Shown here: piece by piece, positions 19,391 to 28,466 of the stretch
Layout: the number at the start of each line of letters is the position of its first letter
Position numbering within the stretch: the first letter of the stretch is position 1
Assembly (NCBI GenBank): GCA_024280775.1
Contig: JAJRPM010000015.1
Coordinates: 334,835-398,834, forward strand
DNA: 64,000 nucleotides
Direction: 5' to 3'
Source: Candidatus Zixiibacteriota bacterium
GTDB taxonomy: Bacteria; Zixibacteria; MSB-5A5; GN15; JACZUZ01
Notes under the pieces: generated by a model
Databases searched by the model: none
Told to the model about the DNA's origin: nothing
The model's input: only the letters and a program-made list of their open reading frames with translations
Made by a program: the position numbers and the translations under genes

Positions 19391-20674
19391 ATGACAACTA
19401 CCAAGAGTGAATCTACCACGAAAATCCTTGAGCCGCGTCTCGACAAACTCAACCTGCGAGAGAATCGCAATTCCTCGCTACACAGCCGCTCGATAGGCGG
19501 CTATTCCAAGGGCGGTTTTTCCTGGAAATCCGGCGAAATCTCCACCACGGAAATGCCCATCCGGCTATATCGTTTCCTGAAAGAGTCAATTCCAGTGGTC
19601 AGCAGTTGCATTTGGACCTGGAGTCGCTTGGTCGCCGCGCCCGCATCCTATCGATTACCGGATGGACTAAACAAGGCTACTCGTGAGTCAGCGCAACGCG
19701 TATTGGACAGAATGTCCCAGCGACTTTTGCCGTTTCGTTTTCGTCGCACTGGCGGACTTAGCTCTTTTCTACCGATGATGTTCGATTCTCTTTTTACTGA
19801 CGGCTCTTTTGCGGGATTTGTAGAATTGTATGCCGACAGGTCCGGTATTGCTCAATTCACGCCGGTTGATGTCTCTTCTATTCGCTCAGTCTCACATCCA
19901 AAAGGAGAAATCGGTTTAGTGTTAGACACTGAGCGAGGCGCGGTGAATCTCGACAGACCTGACTTTCAATACTTCGCATTAAACACCGACCCGGTCACCG
20001 GACTCGGACGTTCTATTCTCAGCTCGGTTCCTTTTGTCTCGTATGTCGAGCGCCAGTTGGTGGATGATATGCGCCGCGCCAGTCACAATAGCGGGTTCCA
20101 TAGATTGCATGTGACAGTTCGCCCGCCCGAACGTCAGCCCGGAGAAACTGACACCGACTACACCGACCGCGCCAATGAATATTTCGACAGCTCGGCGCGC
20201 ATGATTCGCCAAACCGGGATAGATGACAATCCTGTCACCTGGGATGACATCAAGATTGACTACATCGGCCCGACTCAAGGTCGAGGCGCCTCGACTGCCG
20301 AATCCTGGTTTGTCAAACACCGCGCTATGGTCGAAGAAATCTGCGCCGGAGCGAATCTGGCTCCCTTCCTGCTGGGTTATTCTTTTGGCGCCACTGAAAC
20401 CTGGGCGGAATTCAAGTATGACCTAGTGCGTCGACAGGTCGAGAGTATTCAATGTGAAGCGGCGCGACTTATGGAATGGCTGGGGAATCTCGAACTGGCT
20501 CTGGCGGGCTTCAATATCTCCTGCGAATTTGCATTTGATAACCGCATCAGTCATCAAGCGCTGGAGCGCTCTCGCATTCAAACCGGTGAAGTTGACAGCA
20601 TCGTCAAGTTGTTTGAAGCCGGACTAATTGACAAGAACGAGGCCAGCGCCGTAGCCAAAAGAGCGCTCTCATAG
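19391..20674 (+). CDS. putative phage portal protein
   Basis: 427 aa. Assigned from size, position next to TerL and general composition. No diagnostic motif could be read by eye. Confidence 0.45.
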   Translation: MTTTKSESTTKILEPRLDKLNLRENRNSSLHSRSIGGYSKGGFSWKSGEISTTEMPIRLYRFLKESIPVVSSCIWTWSRLVAAPASYRLPDGLNKATRESAQRVLDRMSQRLLPFRFRRTGGLSSFLPMMFDSLFTDGSFAGFVELYADRSGIAQFTPVDVSSIRSVSHPKGEIGLVLDTERGAVNLDRPDFQYFALNTDPVTGLGRSILSSVPFVSYVERQLVDDMRRASHNSGFHRLHVTVRPPERQPGETDTDYTDRANEYFDSSARMIRQTGIDDNPVTWDDIKIDYIGPTQGRGASTAESWFVKHRAMVEEICAGANLAPFLLGYSFGATETWAEFKYDLVRRQVESIQCEAARLMEWLGNLELALAGFNISCEFAFDNRISHQALERSRIQTGEVDSIVKLFEAGLIDKNEASAVAKRALS

Positions 20675-20790
20675 ACAAAGCACAAAAGGGAGAGTCTGCT
20701 TCAAGAAATATCTCACAAACTACGTCAGACTCTCCTCCTTCTCAGAGCGTTCCGACTCGTGATGAATGGAGAAAGGCGCTACGCGACCCT

Positions 20791-22080
20791 GTGTATTTCG
20801 CCGAGCGTTTTCTCCATGTGACACCACATCCAGGGCAGGCTGATTGGCTACATAATGCAACAACTAAGCAAAACGTTCTAGTTACGGGAAACCGCTGGGG
20901 TAAATCATTTGTATCTGCAATAAAGGTTTTGCATCACGCGGTATTTCAATCCCGGGATACACGCTATGACAAGCGGGGACATTACCGCATAGTCACCGCC
21001 TCGATTACTCAGGATCAGGCCGGAATAATCTGGGGCGCGGCGCTAAAGCTGGCGCGAAGTTCTCCTGAGATAGAACCGCTAATTAAAGAAATCTCTCGCA
21101 CGCCTTTTCCACGAATAGTTTTCGGCAATGGCAGTGAGATAACCGCACGTTCGACTCAGAATCGCGGTGAGTATTTGCTGGGGAATGATTATGACTATTT
21201 CGTTTTTGATGAAGTGGCATTCGAGAGTCATGCAGACTACGTAGTAAATGAAGTGATTCTGATGCGTCTGGCAGACCGTGAGGGCGAGCTGGATTTTGTC
21301 TCAACTCCAAACGGAAAGAACTGGCTGTATCACAAGGCGCGAGAATTAGAATCCGATGACAGCTCCGGCTATGTCCAATTCGGCGACAGTCGAGAGAATA
21401 TCCATATCTCCGCTGACTATTTGAATCGGCGGATGGAGTTTTTCAACTCCGATAGAGTGGCGCAAAACATCATGGGGAAATTCGTCGACTCAGGCAGAGA
21501 AATTGTCTCTTCGTCTATGATCGATCATGCCCTGAGTTCAGCTCCCGAACAAGTCCTCGAAGATAATCACAACAAATTGCGATACTTGAGCGGATGGGAC
21601 CTGGCGCGCAAAAGAACTGCAACTGTAGGTGTGACTGTCGCTGTTGATTCTGAAGGTATCGCGAATGTAGTAGCGGTAGGGCGTTTCAAGAGAATGGATT
21701 GGAATTATGTTTTCGAACAAATAAGAAACCGTCAAGAAAACTACCCGGGTGTGTTGGTGTTAGATGCTACTGGTTTGGGAGATGTGGTAACCGAAGAGCT
21801 ACAGGATTTGGCGCCTGTGCCTTTTATTTTCTCAGAGAAAAGCAAAGCGGCGTTACTGACCAATTTGGAATTATTTCATGCGCTGAAAAAGATTCGTTAT
21901 TCACGTTGGGAGATAAAGGAACAACAAGGAAGAATCTGGGCGCTTGAAGATGAACTACGCGCGGCCACCTGGGATGACAACGGACGTTGTGACGGGGTCA
22001 TGGCTTTAGCGCTGGCGCTGTGGCCCTTGCGCAGGCAGACCTTCGCTCCAATAACTCAACCGCGGATTAGCGCCGTTTGA
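20791..22080 (+). CDS. phage terminase large subunit
   Basis: Walker A VTGNRWGKSF, Walker B YFVFDEVAF, coupling motif FVSTPNG. Nuclease acidic motifs GWDLARKRTATVG, VLVLDATGLGD, WDDNGRCDGVMALALAL. GTG start; see the finding on the upstream open frame. Confidence 0.85.
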   Translation: MYFAERFLHVTPHPGQADWLHNATTKQNVLVTGNRWGKSFVSAIKVLHHAVFQSRDTRYDKRGHYRIVTASITQDQAGIIWGAALKLARSSPEIEPLIKEISRTPFPRIVFGNGSEITARSTQNRGEYLLGNDYDYFVFDEVAFESHADYVVNEVILMRLADREGELDFVSTPNGKNWLYHKARELESDDSSGYVQFGDSRENIHISADYLNRRMEFFNSDRVAQNIMGKFVDSGREIVSSSMIDHALSSAPEQVLEDNHNKLRYLSGWDLARKRTATVGVTVAVDSEGIANVVAVGRFKRMDWNYVFEQIRNRQENYPGVLVLDATGLGDVVTEELQDLAPVPFIFSEKSKAALLTNLELFHALKKIRYSRWEIKEQQGRIWALEDELRAATWDDNGRCDGVMALALALWPLRRQTFAPITQPRISAV

Positions 22081-22321
22081 GCAAGTTCGGAACTTTTTCG
22101 CTCTTGGGATTCTGATGTTCCGGCACTACAAAGATTTCCTGAAGCGCCGCCTTATCGAGACTGCCGCCATTGTACGGATTACCTACTCCATCTCCACCAA
22201 CATCAGTGAAAGTGACACCAAGCGCCAAAGCGAATACTGATAATCCTACGAACCATTTGAAAGGCTGTGAAGCCGGCTCATCCAACGTGCGAATCTGAAT
22301 CTGTCTGTATCTCTTATTCAT
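22067..22321 (-). CDS. small single-pass membrane protein, antisense to the phage-like module
   Basis: ATG at 22321 preceded by GAAGGAGTGGAGATT (strong Shine-Dalgarno). 84 aa, MNKRYRQIQIRTLDE...FKWFVGLSVFALALGVTF (one TM). The longer track ORF extension has no ribosome-binding site. Confidence 0.6.
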   Translation of the reverse strand: MNKRYRQIQIRTLDEPASQPFKWFVGLSVFALALGVTFTDVGGDGVGNPYNGGSLDKAALQEIFVVPEHQNPKSEKVPNLLKRR

Positions 22322-22595
22322 AATCTCCACTCCTTCTTTCAAGATACTCTTTGGCAAAGCCCGTGCCAAATCCGCATTACAGGCTAGCCCCAATGCTATA
22401 TCTCTGTGAGGCATGCTTTTAGAGTTCGCTCGTAAGTGACTGCAAAAAGTCTGTCTGTGGGCGCTTGCATGCCATGTATGCGCTGATTTGCACAATTGTT
22501 ACCCAACTCCTCGTGAATCACCACTATCCCAATGGTAATTTTGTCCCGGTCAATTAGTAGAGACCGCAACCAAACAAGCGCAGGAGAAACACTGC

Positions 22596-24380
22596 TTGAA
22601 ACAACTCAATACTACAGCACAAACAAATAGACCCCTTGAAGAAGGCGCCAAAGAGCATGCAAGTGAGAACAACACTGCCTTATGCTCTTCGGTAGTTAGC
22701 CCGGCGCTGGCTGACTCGCTCTCCACCGGACTATCTGCAAGTAACAATCTTATCGCAGAAATAAATTGCGTGATTGCCCCTCCCAAGCCATTGAAAGCGA
22801 CAGATGTATATGTGCGCGCTATGCTACTGGTTTCCGATGCGCGCAATCAACATGGCGGCAAGTTTCCTCTGGAGGAATTGCAACGAATCACCGAGCTGGT
22901 AATAGACACGCCGGTGTTAGTCGGACATCGCAAAGACAGACTACCTATTGCGCGCGTTTTCAAGGCGGAGCTGATAGAGCGTGACGGTGTGCAATGGGTC
23001 AAAGCATATTTGTATTGGCTAAAAGAAACAGCCGGGGCGGAAACTTTGCGCGCCAATATCGACGGCGGCGTCTACAAGGACTGCTCACTGGGATTCACTT
23101 TTGCCCATGCCGAATGCTCCATCTGTCAAGCGGACATCCGTGTTTGTGGTCACCAGTCACAATCATCTTCTGATAGCAAGGACTCCAACAAGCCGTTCCA
23201 TTTTTATCGCAACGTTCAACGAGCGCTGGAGATATCACTTGTCTATCGAGGCGCTAACCCCGGCGCTCGTGTCGGAGTTGAGCTTCACTCTGATACCAAC
23301 ACTAGTGACACCTCTCTTTCATCAGAGCCTTCCCCAAAATGGTTGGAAGGGCTTCAAGTCAAGCGCATTGCTGAGTTGGGTAGAGGTTCTGCCACAGAAA
23401 TCACAAATACCTGCGCTAGCGAATCCACTGATTCTCTGCAATTGACTTATCCGCTACTTGACGGTCTTCCTGTATTGCTGGGATGCCACAATAACAAAAC
23501 ATTCGTTTTGCTTGATGACGGTTCACCTGCCCCTAAGCCTCTCAGCGCCAAGATTACGGAAATGTGCAATTCCCAGGAAGGCGATTTCCTACTATATGCG
23601 CGGCTAATAGGCATGCGCGGTAAGAGCAAACTCTCCAGCCGTGAGCTACTACGATTTCTCAACGATAAAAGCGGCCCTGTTCGTTCACTTAAACTACGTG
23701 CGCTGACACTACTGTACTGTGATGGCCAATGGCTTTCCGCCGACAATTCAGAAGCATTCGGAACAGCCCTTCGAACATTTTGTAACAATAAACGTCACCT
23801 GAGCCCTGTAACTTCTAACGCTTGCTCAGCTAACAATATTGGGCCATCGACATCAAACAACGACCTGGAATCTCTCACTGTATCGGGCGATGGAAGTTTT
23901 CTAGTTGCACGACACAGAAAGCGCCCATTGGTTTACGCTCTGGTATCCGAGGGAACTAACGTATCAATTCCTATTCACGTTGGAACGGATGTAATTACCG
24001 CTTGCGAGAGTCTATCTATTCCTCTACGACCCTCTCAATGTCCGACTAGCGATTGCGTTGTAGCCCTGGCCTTCGACCGACTTACAAACACCGACACCAC
24101 ACCGCGACTAATCAACCCCCGCATAGTCGGACAGTTTGGCGCGTTCCGAACCTGTGAGATACTCTCGAGCGGTAGCGGAACACATGCCTTGAAGAACGTG
24201 TCTATCACTGCTGGCGTAGTTAGCATTTCACGCTTCAATACTTCATCGGAGCTAACAGCAGGGATGTCTGTTGACATGACTCTGTCTTCTGGCAAGATAA
24301 CAAGAGCCCGGATCATCCACTTGAAAAGTGAAACAGGTGTCATCTTCGGATTGCTCGCGACGCCGGGAGCTGTTGAGTGA
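22596..24380 (+). CDS. HK97-type (S78-like) prohead protease domain fused to a ~390-aa C-terminal region of unknown function
   Basis: N-terminal third: DARNQHGGKFP...VLVGHRKDRLPIARVF...IDGGVYKDCSLGFTF follows the His...Ser-Gly-Phe layout of prohead proteases, then CSICQADIRVCGH. TTG start is uncertain. Confidence 0.55.
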   Translation: MKQLNTTAQTNRPLEEGAKEHASENNTALCSSVVSPALADSLSTGLSASNNLIAEINCVIAPPKPLKATDVYVRAMLLVSDARNQHGGKFPLEELQRITELVIDTPVLVGHRKDRLPIARVFKAELIERDGVQWVKAYLYWLKETAGAETLRANIDGGVYKDCSLGFTFAHAECSICQADIRVCGHQSQSSSDSKDSNKPFHFYRNVQRALEISLVYRGANPGARVGVELHSDTNTSDTSLSSEPSPKWLEGLQVKRIAELGRGSATEITNTCASESTDSLQLTYPLLDGLPVLLGCHNNKTFVLLDDGSPAPKPLSAKITEMCNSQEGDFLLYARLIGMRGKSKLSSRELLRFLNDKSGPVRSLKLRALTLLYCDGQWLSADNSEAFGTALRTFCNNKRHLSPVTSNACSANNIGPSTSNNDLESLTVSGDGSFLVARHRKRPLVYALVSEGTNVSIPIHVGTDVITACESLSIPLRPSQCPTSDCVVALAFDRLTNTDTTPRLINPRIVGQFGAFRTCEILSSGSGTHALKNVSITAGVVSISRFNTSSELTAGMSVDMTLSSGKITRARIIHLKSETGVIFGLLATPGAVE

Positions 24381-24679
24381 GTGACTCCTCGGCGCTACAG
24401 CGCAACGACATCCGTCTGCGAGACCATTTGTTCAAAATCCTAATGGCTCTGGTAGCCGGGTTAGTGGCGTATTTCCTGACAATACAAGATTTGAAAACCG
24501 CTATCGCAGAAAAGGCGCCCGGTCAACAGGTTCATCAATTGGACACCAGAGTAGGCCAGCTAGAAACTTTGCAAAAAGAACAAAAAGTGACAACCACCGA
24601 ATTTCGCCGGTTTCGCGAGGAAGTAATCGAGCGTCTGGCGCGAATTGAATCATTGCTCGAAAGAAACGAAGGAAAATGA
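24377..24679 (+). CDS. small membrane/coiled-coil protein (phage-like module)
   Basis: 100 aa. GTGA overlap with the upstream stop. One hydrophobic helix (ILMALVAGLVAYFLTI), then a heptad-like charged helix. Confidence 0.5.
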   Translation: MSDSSALQRNDIRLRDHLFKILMALVAGLVAYFLTIQDLKTAIAEKAPGQQVHQLDTRVGQLETLQKEQKVTTTEFRRFREEVIERLARIESLLERNEGK

Positions 24680-25122
24680 CATCTGTGAATTCAGAAACCA
24701 ACCTATCACAATTTCACGACGCGCTGGATCGCGCCGATAGCGCAATCAACTCAGTTCTAACCGGAGACAGTCACGAGCTCGACTTAGTGGCTCTAAGAGA
24801 GTCACTCGCTGAAACCCGTAGTGTAATGACACAGGCTAGCGTTTCTCGAAAATCGAGCCACGACGATTTGGCGCTACTCAGGCAGGACCTGGAGGGGCGT
24901 ATACTGGCAATGACTCGCGCTACCAATGTTGCGCTGGATAAGAGCGCTCCCGGAGACGAAAGTGATTTGTCCAACGAACTCCCTCGGGCTTCGGCGAATG
25001 AACTACTACAACTCTATCGCCGCGCCTGTGTGCGATTCCGTGACACCTTCCCCGGCAACACTCGCTACACTGGCGCCGATTCACCCGCTCTGAAAGACTG
25101 GAGCGAATTCAGGAGTAGATAA
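24676..25122 (+). CDS. helical acidic protein, scaffold-like by position
   Basis: 148 aa. ATGA overlap with the upstream stop. Lies between the protease and the decoration/capsid genes. Confidence 0.4.
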   Translation: MTSVNSETNLSQFHDALDRADSAINSVLTGDSHELDLVALRESLAETRSVMTQASVSRKSSHDDLALLRQDLEGRILAMTRATNVALDKSAPGDESDLSNELPRASANELLQLYRRACVRFRDTFPGNTRYTGADSPALKDWSEFRSR

Positions 25123-25287
25123 CAGACTCGAAGAGTAGCGCAATACGGCTGGGAGGGAATCACAAGTAAGTGTCCCTTGTCCAGTGTGGGGATAGAGCCC
25201 CGGATGCGCCGTAACCGTTACGCCTTACAGAAGCCTGCAATTAGCATCAGGCACAACACCAACCATGAATCATGAAGGAACCCATAC

Positions 25288-25710
25288 ATGGCAATTCGAC
25301 CACAAAGACTAGAAACTATAGCCCCGGTGATTGCGTCATTTTCAATATCGCAAACCGCCAGCGTCGACGATCTCAAAGACGCTGATATAGGCAAGGCTGT
25401 CACCATCTCGGCTAACACCACAGTGTCACCTTGCGCAGATGGCGACCAGGCGCTGGGCAAACTCATAGCGCTGACACTAACCGACGCTGATGACGGAGAG
25501 AGAGTAGCCTCAGTGCAGATCGGCGGGATATGCCGTCTCGCCACGGCGACACCTTTCCCGGTAGTAGGCAATCGTATTCTCGGAGCCGCAGGTGGAGCTG
25601 TCAAACAGGCTCCAGCTCTGGTAGGCAATGACCCCGCTGGCGGAAACATCGCGCGAGGCACAGTCCTAGAGGTAAACGGAACCACCGACTGTCTGGTCTT
25701 GCTAGGATAG
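25288..25710 (+). CDS. DUF2190-like capsid cement/decoration protein
   Basis: 140 aa, Gly/Ala/Val-rich beta protein (GKAVTISANTTV...VQIGGICRL...GNRILGAAGGAVKQ...GTVLEV). Sits immediately upstream of the capsid gene, as is typical for DUF2190. Confidence 0.55.
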   Translation: MAIRPQRLETIAPVIASFSISQTASVDDLKDADIGKAVTISANTTVSPCADGDQALGKLIALTLTDADDGERVASVQIGGICRLATATPFPVVGNRILGAAGGAVKQAPALVGNDPAGGNIARGTVLEVNGTTDCLVLLG

Positions 25711-25758
25711 TCTCAGAAGCGCCAAACTCTCAACAACCAACTGAAGGAAACAACATAT

Positions 25759-26859
25759 ATGAAATTTGAAGAATTTATCAGCTCCGGAGCTTTCGCGTCT
25801 CTTGAGAGCGAACCTACTGACCGTCCCAACATCGGCGCTGTCGATTTCACTCAAGCCAAAGACCTAAGTGTCACTCGGGAGACATATCTGGAAGCCGAAT
25901 CATTGGGGTTGACACTAAGTGAATTGCTAGAGACTGCAGACTACGACCCCTCCCCCACCGGCTCTGCCCTTGATGCCTTCGAGCGCCAGCTGGCTCTTGC
26001 CGGTATTCGCATCGGCGGCAAGAGACCTTCGACTGTCGAAGCGTTCTTGCAGGCTTCACCGACACTCATGCCCGAATTCATGTTACGCGAAATCCGACGC
26101 GGCATGTCAATGCGTCCTGAGCTGGACTCTCTGCTAGCTGGTACGACAACCATCGCCAGCAATCGTTATACTCCGTTCTTCATCGACACTTCCACACAGG
26201 ACAAATTCTCTCTCCGTCCTATCGGTGACGGAGCTGAAGTCCCGCAGTTGTTAGTGACAGAACAACAACACGCGGTCAACGTGCCAGATTACGGCTTAGC
26301 GCTCAAGGCCAGCTACAAATCGCTCCGCTACCGCACTACTGCGCAATTCCGCGTCCTGCTCTGGTATGTCGGTTTCCGTTTACAAACCGATAAAATCGGT
26401 TTGCTGGTAAACACTATCATCAACGGCGACGGCAACGATAACGCAGTGACATCAATCAACTCTGCGACCACCGGCGTATTGACTTACAACGACCTGGTGA
26501 CACTATGGGGCAAATTCGACTCATTCGAAATGAACGCTCTCATTTGTGACATCAACAACATGAAAACCATCCTCACACTTGCCGAGTTCAAAGACCCGCT
26601 TGCCGGATTCAAATTCCAGAACCGTGGTGAAGTGTTCTCGCCGCTGGGCGCCACACTCATCCGCTCAGACGCCACTCCCGCGGATATTGTAATCGGAATC
26701 GACACTCGTTTCGCAATCGAGCAAGTGATATCTCAGCCTTTGATGGTCGAGTTTGATAAGGTCATTGAACAACGATTTGAAGAAGCGGTGATTTCCGAAT
26801 CGGTGGCGTTCGCCAAGGTCATTCCTGAGGCGGCAGTTGCGCTGGATACGGCTTTCTAG
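25759..26859 (+). CDS. major capsid protein (HK97 fold expected)
   Basis: 366 aa. Position after protease/scaffold/DUF2190 and a sequence style typical of capsid families (LDAFERQLALAGIRIG..., YKSLRYRT...). No search was run. Confidence 0.65.
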   Translation: MKFEEFISSGAFASLESEPTDRPNIGAVDFTQAKDLSVTRETYLEAESLGLTLSELLETADYDPSPTGSALDAFERQLALAGIRIGGKRPSTVEAFLQASPTLMPEFMLREIRRGMSMRPELDSLLAGTTTIASNRYTPFFIDTSTQDKFSLRPIGDGAEVPQLLVTEQQHAVNVPDYGLALKASYKSLRYRTTAQFRVLLWYVGFRLQTDKIGLLVNTIINGDGNDNAVTSINSATTGVLTYNDLVTLWGKFDSFEMNALICDINNMKTILTLAEFKDPLAGFKFQNRGEVFSPLGATLIRSDATPADIVIGIDTRFAIEQVISQPLMVEFDKVIEQRFEEAVISESVAFAKVIPEAAVALDTAF

Positions 26860-27054
26860 CTTCACCAGCTAGCCCCATAGCAACAGTAACATTGTCGACC
26901 CGGGGAGAGAGTGCTCGCCATTCCACACGAGAGCCACACGACATCTTGCTCCTCCTGGCGCCTCTCTTCCCGGATCAATTATTCATCATCGTCACTAGTG
27001 ACATTGTTACGCTAAAACACTGACAACAAACCACAACCAAGGAACAACTCACAA

Positions 27055-28461
27055 TTGCAAAACGAGCTGATAACAACTTCTACCGCAGGTAACCCTTTGG
27101 GCGAGGGCTCCGGCCGGAAACTCCTGCGCGTCTCCAGCGGGACCTATGCAAATCGCCTCGTCCTGTTATACCAGGACACACCCGGCTCAATAAGCCTGCG
27201 CTTCGCCGATGCTCCCTACACCAGCTGGTCTGCATCGCAAAGCATAGCAACCGACTCGGCTGACTCCGCCTTTGATTGCTGGATGAACACCAACGGCGAT
27301 ATACATCTGGTATACACCGCGGCAACAACTTTCAACTTGCAGTACCGCCAGCTAATGTTTTCCAGCGGCGCCTGGACAGTCGGCGCAGTTAGCGTTGTCA
27401 ATAGCGTTGACGATTGCTATTTCCCTTCGATTATTCTAGAACAACCCAGCCGTCTCTGGATTACCTACACACGGGTCTCCGCCGGTTCATCCTATATCAA
27501 CGCCATCAAATCCGACGATTGGGGCGCTACCTGGATAGTTGGAGCAGGCGACGAATTAGCCGGGCCTGACACTTCCGCCTACAGCAAGATATTAATAGCC
27601 AATGACAGGCTGTATGTGTTCTACACAATAGGTGGCACAAAACTTGCAGAGCGAAGCAAATACTTCTTCACCGGCGCGTATGTCGCCGAAGTCCCCTTAG
27701 CCTCAGGCTCAGGACTGGATCAACACTTTCACGCATCAGTTGCGCAGGACAATCGCATCGGCCTGGTCTTTGATGACGGCTCTCTAAGCTATCGCGAATT
27801 CGACGGCTCTCAATGGCTCGCGGTAGAGGCAATTGATTCATCAGGCGGGGATTATCCGCGCGTAAGCTTTTTCGACAACATACCTACTGTAACATATCTG
27901 CATAACTTCGGAGCCAATCAAAACCGGCTTTTGACTTCGACTCGTCAGAACGGAGCATTCCTGGCTGGAGTCGACTTGCTAACTACCTGGCGCCAACTCG
28001 ACAATGTAGCGCTATTCTCTCAAAGCGCCGGAACCTATGCGGACCTGACTTCAGAATCCGCTTCAAGCGCTATCGGCGATATCTTTCACCCCACCTCCGG
28101 CGGAGCGCTCTCCGTCATAGGTGATGCAATCTACTTCGGCCACAGTGATCGATTCAACTATCTCAAACTAATCCTGGCAACCGCGGGGGTTGGCGGTACA
28201 GTTGACTGGCAATATTTCGACGGCTCAGGCTGGGTGACATTTACTCCCACCGACGGAGCCTATCACCTGTCTACCAGTTCGAGAGAGCTGACACTATGGC
28301 CCGACGGCGCCGCTATTCCGGCCTCATGGCAAAAGACTGTAGTCAATGGCGTGACAATGTTCTACATCCGCGCTCTCGTCAGTTCTGCATTCACCACAAA
28401 ACCGGTCGCCACTCAATTGACTGCCATAGCAAATTTAACCGAATTCATTACTGAAGGATAA
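27055..28461 (+). CDS. BNR/Asp-box beta-propeller-like protein
   Basis: 468 aa, TTG start. One canonical Asp-box SDDWGATW (27511-27534) and repeated hydrophobic blade-like segments. C-terminal ~110 aa is a separate beta-rich domain. Confidence 0.55.
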   Translation: MQNELITTSTAGNPLGEGSGRKLLRVSSGTYANRLVLLYQDTPGSISLRFADAPYTSWSASQSIATDSADSAFDCWMNTNGDIHLVYTAATTFNLQYRQLMFSSGAWTVGAVSVVNSVDDCYFPSIILEQPSRLWITYTRVSAGSSYINAIKSDDWGATWIVGAGDELAGPDTSAYSKILIANDRLYVFYTIGGTKLAERSKYFFTGAYVAEVPLASGSGLDQHFHASVAQDNRIGLVFDDGSLSYREFDGSQWLAVEAIDSSGGDYPRVSFFDNIPTVTYLHNFGANQNRLLTSTRQNGAFLAGVDLLTTWRQLDNVALFSQSAGTYADLTSESASSAIGDIFHPTSGGALSVIGDAIYFGHSDRFNYLKLILATAGVGGTVDWQYFDGSGWVTFTPTDGAYHLSTSSRELTLWPDGAAIPASWQKTVVNGVTMFYIRALVSSAFTTKPVATQLTAIANLTEFITEG

Positions 28462-28466
28462 GCTAT

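Noticed and set aside
19234-19470. 78-aa minus-strand ORF overlapping the portal-like gene start.
   Set aside because: It has no ribosome-binding site and Arg/Ser-rich shadow-frame composition, and it overlaps a gene that has a good RBS (gcaggagcc).
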